IMG/VR virus record: IMGVR_UViG_3300032236_000765
Coordinates: 11,023 to 75,022 of that record
Source of the DNA: a virus
Length of the DNA stretch: 64,000 bases
Strand: one strand, 5' to 3'
Under the pieces are notes generated by a model. It was not told the origin of the DNA. It did no database searches and saw only the letters and a program-made list of their open reading frames with translations. Positions within the stretch are counted from its first letter, which is position 1; every line of letters begins with the position of its first letter. The position numbers were made by a program, and so were the translations under genes. Shown one piece after another: positions 35,518-46,100 of the stretch.

Positions 35518-35752
35518 TTTCAGATTGAATATTGATCTTGTTATTTAGTTTCTGCTTTTCAAATATCTCATCCATTTTTTTACGATACTGATTCTTATAT
35601 GTTTCAAGAATCAATTGAAGCTGCTGAATCATTGGACCATTACCGGTTCTATACGCAAATGTTAATTTATTTGTTAGCTCAGAAACAGTCTCTTGTAATT
35701 CTTCTAGAGTTTTTTTATCTAGCTCAACTTTATTTACGAATGGATGTTCCAT
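35501..35752 (-). CDS. Hypothetical protein
   Basis: In-operon ORF. Confidence 0.6.
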   Translation of the reverse strand: MEHPFVNKVELDKKTLEELQETVSELTNKLTFAYRTGNGPMIQQLQLILETYKNQYRKKMDEIFEKQKLNNKINIQSENDHKN

Positions 35753-35753
35753 A

Positions 35754-36794
35754 TTACCAACCGGTTAAGCTAACTCTAGTCCAGATATTAGAACCAATAT
35801 ATGCAGTTAATACAGCATTTACGTTAGATTTATTATTTGGAGTAAAAACTGCCCCTGCTGTACCGCCTGTTCTAGTCGTGCTAATCGTGATATTAGGCGA
35901 TGAGATAGTCTTGATATAATACACAGTATTCGCTACTAGATTAGTATTAGCTGTATCAACACTACCGCTAAAGATTATAGGAGCATTAGTTGCTAGACTG
36001 GTTGTATTGTTCAATGTGATGACATTGCCGGTCGCATATGTATTAATTACTGTCTTGTTATATACCGTAGAATTGAATGAAGAGGTACAAACATAGAAGT
36101 AGTTTGCGTCAACTGCTACTGTACCTTCTACATCTCCAGGAAGTCCAGTAGGAGGAGGAGTTCTCTGTTGAATTTCAGTAGATTGAAAAGGACGATTGAT
36201 TGGTTCTACTGTGATTGTGTTACCGCAATCAATCGTAGAGAACCGAAGCTCAATGATATTCACATTAGCCGGAGCACTAATCGTTGCAACTCCGCCTACG
36301 TTAGCATAATTTTCGAGTAGCGTGACTCCGAAATTGTTGTTAGAACTGATGCAACTACTAGGAAGGGAAATGTATGCAGGATTGCTATTTGCGAAAGTCA
36401 ACCTCAGTACAACATTGCTCTGTGTGTTCGTAGGAGCCCAGTTACCGAACTGAAGCACGATGTTTCCTTGCAGCGCACCGAATTGAACGTCTGCCCTGTT
36501 CACATCAACTAACACTGTACCAGCTAACGCATTACCTAGATTATATGTAGTCGCTCTGAATCCGCTCGTAGATGCATTACTGATCAGAGCATTACCCATA
36601 TCATTGTTGAGGTTGCTATTATTCAGCGCAGCCTTGAGAACTGCCTTAGATTGTAAGTCAGTGATTTCTCCTGCACCCGTGTTTAGCTGGGTTGCGATTT
36701 GAGCAAAATTATCTCTGAATCCCTGAGAACTATTATTCTGTCCCGGGATTGGATAGTTTACGTTGATTCCGTTTGTATTGATCTGGCTAGTCAT
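35754..36794 (-). CDS. Virion structural protein (fibre/baseplate-associated)
   Basis: N-terminal YPIPGQNNSSQGFRDNF; N/T/S-rich beta content. Confidence 0.65.
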   Translation of the reverse strand: MTSQINTNGINVNYPIPGQNNSSQGFRDNFAQIATQLNTGAGEITDLQSKAVLKAALNNSNLNNDMGNALISNASTSGFRATTYNLGNALAGTVLVDVNRADVQFGALQGNIVLQFGNWAPTNTQSNVVLRLTFANSNPAYISLPSSCISSNNNFGVTLLENYANVGGVATISAPANVNIIELRFSTIDCGNTITVEPINRPFQSTEIQQRTPPPTGLPGDVEGTVAVDANYFYVCTSSFNSTVYNKTVINTYATGNVITLNNTTSLATNAPIIFSGSVDTANTNLVANTVYYIKTISSPNITISTTRTGGTAGAVFTPNNKSNVNAVLTAYIGSNIWTRVSLTGW

Positions 36795-36816
36795 ATTTCC
36801 CTATTCCGTAATGTAT

Positions 36817-39468
36817 TTAGTATTGTGTAGTACCGGGCAAAATTGTTTGCTGTTCAAACAATACATAGAAATCTTTAGCATCGACTGGTGTGGGTGTTGG
36901 ATCAGCACTAGGCAATGCAGTCCAAGCCGGAGGACTAAGGGTGTTATCAAAGTTATAAGTAGCACTCTTGTTCACGCTGAATCTGTCGATCTTAAAATTG
37001 ATCAGATTTAATGCCTGCTTCTCGCCTATCGGATTTAACCAATTATTCTGAATCTGATACTGAATGTATTGCGCATAACTCACTTCAGTTCCATCAGGTA
37101 ATGTAGTCAATCCTGGCTTGCAATAAGCGATGACCCAAGCCGGAGTGAATCCTAATGTAGATCCATTTCTCTGTTGACTCGTCATCCAGAGGGGCAATAT
37201 TTCATAATTCTGATTTTGTCCTAATACATCTACAACTTGTTGGCGCATATTTGGAAGTGAGTTTGGATATACTGTTCTTACATAACCAGGTGTTCTACTA
37301 GTATAAAGCAATTCACCATTTGGAGTATTATTCCAAGAAGTAAAGATCGTATCTTCACTATCATACCAAGGACCTAAATATAGGGGTATCGGGCGTTGCC
37401 AGTATATTTGTTTAGCGACGCTCTCACCTTGCGGAATGATAATATTAGACTGAGATTCATATTCATACTTACCCTCAATCTCATTGTAGTTCACGAGATT
37501 ATCATAGACTTCACTGTAAACAACTTCATACAAAATCTCTCCGGTATAATCATTACGTGCAATAGCAGTCTTGATCTCTCCTAAAGTGAGTTGTCTCCAA
37601 TAATGATTCTTTGTGATAGCTGCAAGATACTGATCTATGCCACTCGCATTGATACCATATGCATGTTCATATATGACGCTAGTCGCTTTACCAAAGAAAA
37701 TATCATCTGAACGATACAGATAATCAGGTGGAATAAGCGTATCATTATCCAGAAGTGTAGCAAGTAAGTTTCTATCTGCTATACTAGGAGTGCATTTGAT
37801 ATAGAGAATGTCAGTAGGATTTGGAAACTGTTGATACACAGTCAATGTAAATGTCTGTGATGATGAGATTGAAGCAAATTGCGTCGAAAAAGCCTGAACT
37901 GTAAATGTAAAGGTTGCAGATGCATCTGGATTCTGAAAAGTATTCTCAGGTTGAAAGGCTACAATTCCTGATAATTCCCCGTTTGGTAATAGGGTTAGAT
38001 TGGGAGGAAGTGTACCGGATGTCAATCTATATTGCAAGTCTATATCACTTGTTGCTTTTACATAAGCCATACTAGGTAAACCGTTAAAAACAGTTCCTAG
38101 GTCAGCAGGACTTATCCAAACGATGTCACCGTTTATATTAGTGATCACCCTGAATACAAAAGTAAAGGTGGGAGAAGATATATTAGTCACTGTTCCTAAT
38201 ACGACTTTAGTTACTGATACGCTAAAAGTAAATTCACTAACTGTATTAGGACTGATGACAGGATTACCTGTGATCCATCCAGTAGTAGCATTTCCTGTCA
38301 ACCCTAGCGGCAAAGAACTAAAATTATATTGTAAGTCATTACCATCAAAATCATGACCTAATATACTAAAATTAAATTTATTATTGCTGCTTATAGTACC
38401 AATGAATGCAGGTTGATTAGGTGGATAAGTTGTTCCATTGCCGTTAGCTGGCAATACATAATATCCAAATTCTGTGATATTGCGATCTAGTTGAAAAGTC
38501 TCAGGGCGAGTATTATAGATTGCAGGAATTCTGGTATTTGGTCCGTATCCAGGACCACCCTGTTGTACTGGAGTATTTTGATTTACTACAGAGATAGAAT
38601 AGCTTTGAATATCACTACCTAATGCACTATCTAATTTAAGCACGAAGTTAAAAGTTTTACTAGTAGGTTGTCCTTGGGTTATACTAGGTAATAGTATAGG
38701 CATATAACCTGAACTATCAATGAATGTAACGATCGGACCATTCACAGTATTTGATACAGTAAATTGTGTTCCGTTGATCACAGAAGCAATATAGTATGTT
38801 TGATTGGGGACGATTCCTCCGAAGGAAGTACCTGAAAAAACGATAGGTCTTCCAGCAATAAAATTTGCCGTATTCAGACAAGTGATAATGTTACTGCTGA
38901 CTGCGGTAGCAACAGTAGATACAGGTGATAGATTCACGTTGACGAGAGGCGGCTGAGCATATCCCCTTATCAATCCATATTCATTTATTTCTAATCCGGG
39001 TGGTAGTTCACCCGCAACTACTCTAATTATGACAGGATTCGTAGAGATAGGATTGTTATACTCGATTGGAATCTCGACCCAAGTACTATCTAGAAAACTA
39101 TTAGGCTGTGTGTTAGACCATGGATTAGGATTAGGAATAGGACCCGGAGTTGTAGTGAAAGTAGGATGAGCGATGCCTGATATGGTCATACTAAATGTAT
39201 TATCTCGAATATTCTGATAGTTATCAGTTGCTCGTACTACAAAGGTATATGTTGTTGCTGCGACTACCGCTGCTGGAACTCCAGATATCAATCCATTGAC
39301 ATTCATCGTCACGCCTGAAGGTAAACCTCCGCTAATGATTTGATATGATATCGATACTGCTGGTAAAACCGCAGATGCAGATAATTGGAAAACAACAGGC
39401 TTCAATGAGTTTCCTGATGGAAACGATCCGATAGAGCCAGTTGGTGTATTCCAGATTGGTTGTGCCAT
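36817..39468 (-). CDS. Baseplate/tail protein with repeated Ig-like (He_PIG-type) domains
   Basis: Repeated G-x-L-P-x-G-L...G-x-I-x-G motifs. Confidence 0.7.
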   Translation of the reverse strand: MAQPIWNTPTGSIGSFPSGNSLKPVVFQLSASAVLPAVSISYQIISGGLPSGVTMNVNGLISGVPAAVVAATTYTFVVRATDNYQNIRDNTFSMTISGIAHPTFTTTPGPIPNPNPWSNTQPNSFLDSTWVEIPIEYNNPISTNPVIIRVVAGELPPGLEINEYGLIRGYAQPPLVNVNLSPVSTVATAVSSNIITCLNTANFIAGRPIVFSGTSFGGIVPNQTYYIASVINGTQFTVSNTVNGPIVTFIDSSGYMPILLPSITQGQPTSKTFNFVLKLDSALGSDIQSYSISVVNQNTPVQQGGPGYGPNTRIPAIYNTRPETFQLDRNITEFGYYVLPANGNGTTYPPNQPAFIGTISSNNKFNFSILGHDFDGNDLQYNFSSLPLGLTGNATTGWITGNPVISPNTVSEFTFSVSVTKVVLGTVTNISSPTFTFVFRVITNINGDIVWISPADLGTVFNGLPSMAYVKATSDIDLQYRLTSGTLPPNLTLLPNGELSGIVAFQPENTFQNPDASATFTFTVQAFSTQFASISSSQTFTLTVYQQFPNPTDILYIKCTPSIADRNLLATLLDNDTLIPPDYLYRSDDIFFGKATSVIYEHAYGINASGIDQYLAAITKNHYWRQLTLGEIKTAIARNDYTGEILYEVVYSEVYDNLVNYNEIEGKYEYESQSNIIIPQGESVAKQIYWQRPIPLYLGPWYDSEDTIFTSWNNTPNGELLYTSRTPGYVRTVYPNSLPNMRQQVVDVLGQNQNYEILPLWMTSQQRNGSTLGFTPAWVIAYCKPGLTTLPDGTEVSYAQYIQYQIQNNWLNPIGEKQALNLINFKIDRFSVNKSATYNFDNTLSPPAWTALPSADPTPTPVDAKDFYVLFEQQTILPGTTQY

Positions 39469-39480
39469 AATATTTTTCTT

Positions 39481-40101
39481 TTAGCTAAGTGCTCTCAGTG
39501 CTATCGCATAGTGAGCTTTTCTATCTTCTAGTCCAATCGTACCGCCGTTGATGCGTTTAGTCAAACCTACAAAATCATCCTTATCAGCGTATATACTTAA
39601 TTTATTTGCATCCCAGAACCAACCGGCACTCGCAACAGCACCTTCGGGCGTCTCTAGGTAGGTTACTGCTTCATCAAGTGTCTTATGGATTGAGTTTGCA
39701 AACTTAGTGTAATTTGATTTACCAGTCAACTGTATCAAGCCACGACCACAAAACTTATAGCCATCTCCTGATGCTTCATCACCATTACCCATACGATTTG
39801 CATATACCTTGTTTGCGATTTTCTGTGGATTGCGGGCATAAGGTTGTGCAGATGCTACTGTAGGAAAATACTTTTTGAATATGCGATTCAATGCTTCTGC
39901 GCTATAATTAAGTCCTTCTTTAGTGAAGTTGAATCCACCTGATTCATGTGCTACTTGTGCAAGAAATGCAGCCATGCGTTTTGTGTTTTCATATAGACCG
40001 AAGTGCTCTCCTACAGTATTGAGGGGATCAACATACTTTTGAAGAATAGGTTGTTTGGTTGTTGGACAAAGATGTCTTAATAAATCTATAGTTACTTCCA
40101 T
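39481..40101 (-). CDS. GH19 (chitinase-like) lysozyme/endolysin
   Basis: AAFLAQVAHESGG...GRGLIQLTG..NY...SAGWFW...RINGG. Confidence 0.92.
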   Translation of the reverse strand: MEVTIDLLRHLCPTTKQPILQKYVDPLNTVGEHFGLYENTKRMAAFLAQVAHESGGFNFTKEGLNYSAEALNRIFKKYFPTVASAQPYARNPQKIANKVYANRMGNGDEASGDGYKFCGRGLIQLTGKSNYTKFANSIHKTLDEAVTYLETPEGAVASAGWFWDANKLSIYADKDDFVGLTKRINGGTIGLEDRKAHYAIALRALS

Positions 40102-40122
40102 GTATACTTCCTTTTTTATTTC

Positions 40123-43100
40123 TTATGCGTAAGTTGCGCCGACTGTATACCACTGACTTGTAGTTGGGGCAATGAATTGTAATGTTGCTCCTCCCGGAAT
40201 AGATAGGGAAGAATTTGTAGCTAAAGAGTTGATTATTCCTCCTGAAGCCGGATAAACATTCAATGCATTGGCAGTAGTATTTGTGATGTAAACTACAGCA
40301 CCAGCTACTGCTGGTAATTGTACTCCATTAGCACCAGATGTCACTGTGCTTACCACATTGATTTCTTTAGTGAGAATAGTTGCTGTTCCTTGAGTAGAAC
40401 CAGCTGCTGTGATACCTGTACCTGTAGAACGAATAACATAACTGCTAGCAGAAAAATTGTTAGCATACACATTTGACCATCTATTACCTGAACCGCCTAA
40501 TGTGACTGTGTTATCAACTAATGGGAATAAGTTTCCTGAACTATCTATAACTATTCTACCTGGAACACTAGTAGCACTAGTGGTATTAGTACCGGTACCA
40601 AATGTAATTCCACCTTGAACAGCACCATTAAACTGAATGAAGCCCATCCATGTACTGTCAACTTTTTGTTGTAAACGACTACCGGCTGTTGTCCAATCAG
40701 CACCGGCAGCATACCTAGTGTTAGTTATTTCAAGATAGTCTGCATTACTATCTGTGCTATAATATGTAGTATGTAATATTTGGTTTCCGACAGATGTTCC
40801 TAATGAACCGCCGGTTTGACTAAACTTAAAGCTGTTAACTTGTGAAGTACTACCTACAGCAACATAGCCACTAGACGATGCTAAGTTACTAGTACCTGAT
40901 ATAGTCACTGCACTGAGTGTACCAACAGATGTGATATTTGGTTGAGAAGCAGTTGTTACTGTACCAGCATTAGTTGCGCTTGTTACAGCACCAGTTACAT
41001 TACTACCTTGAATGTTACTCAAGTTATTACCTGAACCAATAAAGTAATTTGCAGTTACCGCATTACCTAAGTTAGCATTTCCAGCAGTAATGTTACCAGT
41101 AGCAGTGAATATTCCATTTCCGAATGTAGTATTTGCGGTGGAATTTCCTACAATCAATGAAGTTAGATTGCCAACTGATGTAATATTTGGTTGAGATGAG
41201 GAACCTGTAGTCAATGTACCTGCTAAGTATGAAGCTGATACTAGATTTGCACCAGACAACTGAGATGCAGCCCCGCTCATAGTAATGGTGCCATTTGCTA
41301 CAAATGTCAAGCCAGTAAATGAGCTACTCACCGATGTAATATTTGGTTGAGAAGCAGTTGTTAGAGTACCAGTCAAATAAGTAGCACTCAACAAGTTACC
41401 ACCTGTAATGTTACCTGCACTTGTTAGTATAATTATTCCATTTCCAAATGTAGCGTTTGCAGTAGCATTACCTACAGTCAAATTAGAGAGTGTACCAACT
41501 GATGTGATATTTGGTTGAGTTGAGGAACCTGTAGTCAGTGTACCTGCCAAGTAAGGAGCACTCAACAAGTTACCACCTGTAATGTTACCTGCACTTGGTA
41601 GCGTAATCGTTCCATTTCCAAATGTAGAATTTGCAGTAGTATTACCTACAACCAATGAAGTGAGTGTACCAACAGATGTGATATTTGGTTGAGAAGCAGT
41701 CGTTACTGTACCGGCAAAATTTGCAGTGTTAGAAGATGCTACAGTACCTGATACATTACCGCCTTGAATGTTGCTGATATTTCCACCTTCACCCTGCAAC
41801 TGTCCTGCATTCACTTTATTAGTTACACTCAATGAACCGAGTGTACCTATAGAAGTAATATTTGGTTGAGATGAGGAACCTGTAGTCAGTGTACCTGCTA
41901 AGTAAGTAGCTGATACTAGATTTGCACCAGACAACTGAGATGCGGCACCACTCATAGTAATGTTGCCATTTGCTACAAATGTCAAGCCAGTAAATGAACT
42001 ACTTACTGATGTAATATTTGATTGTGAACTTGCAGTTACTGTACCTGCTGTACCTGCGGTAGCTGCTGCCAAGTTAGCAACAGTCGTAGTCGAATACACG
42101 ACTAATGGAGCACCCGTTGATGCAGTAGAAATTAGCTGTCCAGTTACGTTAGCATTACCAGCATTAACATTACCAGTACCATTAACTACACCTGAACCAA
42201 AATTCAGATTACCTACGTTAGCATTACTGGTAACACCGAGATTACCGAGTGTACCTATAGAAGTGATGTTCGGCTGAGAAGCAGTCGTTAATGTACCGCC
42301 CAACAGTGTAGCATTTAGTGTACCTGATGCAACTGCTACGTTGATATTCGTGTTTGCAGCTATAGCGATATTGCCACTAGTAGCACTCATCAGTCCGAGA
42401 TAATATGTTCCTGTGCTTGTAGCAGCAGTTACTGCATAATTTGCTACGTTAGCATTTGGTACCCAACCTGTTACATTAGCACCGACAATAGAACTTAGTC
42501 CATTGCCGTTACCAGAGAATATACCTGTATTAGCAATGATATTGGGTGCTGTGATATTTCCGCTCACTCCTAACGAAGTTAGCGTACCAACTGATGTGAT
42601 ATTTGCTTGAGAAGCAGTTGTTAGAGTACCAGTCAAGTAAGTAGCACTCAACAAGTTACCACCGGTGATAGTACCTGCACTTGGTAGCGTAATCGTTCCA
42701 TTTCCGAATGTAGTATTTGCAGTGGAATTTCCTACAGTCAAGTTAGAGAGTGTACCAACTGATGTAATATTTGATTGTGAACTTGCAGTTACTGTACCAG
42801 CAGTTGTTGCAGCACCACTCAATGCACCAACGAAAGTAGTTGCAGTGATAGAGTTGTTTGATAGGTTGGCACTAATACCTGTATTGATTACTGCTGATGA
42901 ATACCCGTTAGCTGCTGAAGTAGTAAATGTTGGATAAACTGTAGCAGCAGTTGAAGTATTTTGTAGTAGAGCAGCAGCACTTGCAGCATAGTTTGCATTT
43001 GCTACAGCACCGGTTACACTGCTAGCTTGAAGATTACTCAAGTTGTTACCTGAACCAATGAAGTAATTTGCAGTTACCGCATTACCTAAGTTAGCATTAC

Positions 43101-46100
43101 CACCAGTGATATTGCCAGTACCATTAACTACACCTGAACCAAAATTCAAATTACCTACGTTAGCATTACCGGTAACTGCTAGAGAACTGAGTGTACCAAC
43201 TGATGTTAGATTCGAACTAATGACTGATGAATTAAGTGATGTACCAGTCAAGTTAGCAGCATTTGCTGTGATCACTGTATTAGATGCTGATGTTAATTGA
43301 CCCTGTGAGTTAACAGTAAATGTTGCAACACGGTCACCGCTACCATATGTACCAGAAGATACACCTGTATTGTTGATATTGAATGTAGTTCCAGATAATG
43401 ATAGTCCAGTTCCAGCAGTATATGTACCTGCTTGTGAGAACTGTGCGAAGTTTATTCCAGTTGTTCCGATGGTGATCGGAGCAGGAGTATTACATACCCA
43501 ACCGGTATTAATATTTACTGTGCCTGTTTGCACCAGAACGAATGCGTTTACTAGATTAGATCCAGTATTAGCATCGGTCGAACGGGTTAATACAGTAGAA
43601 CTCGTGTAGGTGTAGATGCCATTCCAAGCAGTATTTGCTTCGTTCTTGACAAGGATTCTAGTTCCTAAGGTAGCAATATTAACACCATCTATAGAGAGAT
43701 AAGTTCCGGTAGTCGTGAGAGTAGCTCCTACTCCACTTGTTCCGTTGTTATAAGTAACAGTACCGCTTGAAGTAGCAGCAAGGGTATCAGTCGTTGCTGC
43801 TGCGACCGGATTCAATACTTTCAATCCTTGTGCAACAGTATCAACATAATTTTTAGTTGCAGCGTCTTGTGCATTTACTGGGTTAGAAACATTAGTGATA
43901 TATGCACTGTTGGCATCGATATTACCGGTGCCATTTGGTTTCAAGTTAATATTTGTATTGGTTCCAGCTGAAGTGATTGTGAGTGCGCCGGTTTTACCTA
44001 GAATATTATCAGTGATAACATAGGATGATGATGTGATATTACCTGTCGCAGTAATCGAAGAAAAACTACCTGTCACATTAGCAGCATTCAGTGAAGCTAG
44101 ATTTGCGCCAGATAGACCTGCTGCAAATGTAGCAGATGCACCAACTAGTGAATTCCAAGTACCGACAGTCACAGTTCCTATATTTGAAATAGCATTTGTA
44201 ACTGATACGGGAAGAGTTCCAGAAATATTGCCTGCTGGTATATAAGTTATTGCTTGACCGTTACCAATAATATTACCACCGGTGATATTACCAGCAGCAG
44301 TGATTGTTCCATTTCCGAATGTAGTATTTGCAGTGGAATTTCCTACAGTCAAGTTAGAGAGTGTACCAACTGATGTAATATTTGATTGTGAACTTGCAGT
44401 CACTGTACCAGCAATAGTTGCTGTATTGGCATAAGTTGCATTTGCCACAGCACCGGTTACACTGCTACCTTGAATGTTACTTAAGTTATTACCTGAACCA
44501 ATGAAGTAATTTGCAGTTGCTGCATTACCTAGGTTAGCATTGCCGGCAGTAATGTTACCAGTACCAGTGACTACACCTGAACCAAAATTCAGATTACCTA
44601 CATTAGCATTGCCGGTAGTAGTGATTGTATTAGCTCCGGCTGCGATGATGCCGATAATATTACCACCAGTGATATTACCAGCAGTAGTGATTGTTCCATT
44701 TCCGAATGTAGTATTTGCAGTGGAATTTCCTACAGTCAAGTTAGAGAGTGTACCAACCGATGTTAGATTTGATCCAATGATCGATGAGTTAAGCGATGTA
44801 CCAGTCAAATTAGCTGCGTTTGCTGCGCTAACAATAGAAGCCGCAAAAGTCAATTGACCTTGTGGGTTGACAGTGAACTGTGCGATTCTATCGCTGTTAC
44901 CGTACGTACCGGAAGATACACTCGTATTATTAATACTAAATGTAGTTCCAGATAGAGTTAATCCAGTTCCAGCAGCATAGGATCCTGCTTGTGAGAACTG
45001 TGCGAAAGAAATCGAAGTAGAACCTAATGTGATTGGAGCAGGAGTATTACATACCCAACCGGTATTGATATTTACTGTGCCTCCTTGCACTAGGACGAAT
45101 GCATTTACTAGATTAGATCCAGTATTAGCATCGGTCGAACGAGTGAGGGTCGTAGAATTAGTATAGGTATAAATACCATTCCATGCACCGGTAGCTTCAT
45201 TCTTGACAAGGATTCTAGTTCCTGCAGATGCTATATTAACACCATCAATAGTAGTAAATGTTCCGGTAGTAGTTAATGTTGCTCCTACACCAGAAGAACC
45301 GTTATTATAAGAAATCGTTCCGCCTGATGCAGTAGCAAGTGTTCCTGTTGTTGCTGCGGCAACTGGGCTCAATACTTTTAGACCCGAAGCTAATGAATCT
45401 ACGTAACCTTTAGTTGCAGCGTCTTGTGCATTTACTGGGTTAGAAACATTGGTGATATATGCACTGTTGGCATCGATATTACCGGTACCATTAGGCTTTA
45501 GATTGATATTTGTATTAGTTCCGGCTGAAGTGATAGTGAGTGCGCCGGTTCTACCTAAAATACTATCAGTGATAACATAGGATGATGATGTGATATTACC
45601 CGATGAAATCAATGAGGTTAGTGTACCGACTGAAGTGATATTTGATTGTGAACTTGCAGTTACTGTACCTGCATTATTAGCATAAGTTGCATTTGCTACA
45701 GCACCAGTTACATTACTACCTTGAATGTTACTCAAGTTGTTACCTGAACCAGAGAAGAAGTTTGCAATTACCAAGTTACCTAGGTTAGCATTGCCAGCAA
45801 TGACATTGCCAGTTCCAGTGACTATGCCCGAACCAAAATTCAGATTACCTACGTTAGCATTTCCAGTAACTGCTAGAGAACTGAGTGTACCGACATTAGT
45901 GATGTTTGGTTGATTAGCTGTTGTCAATGTACCGGTAAGTAGTGAAGCTCCGATTGTTCCGCTGTTAGCATAAACATTACCGGCAGTAATATTACCATTA
46001 ACTGCTAGAGAAGTGAGTGTACCAACTGAAGTGATATTTGATTGTGCACTTGCGGTTACAGTACCGGCAGTAGTTGCAGAAGATGCAGTACCACTCAGCG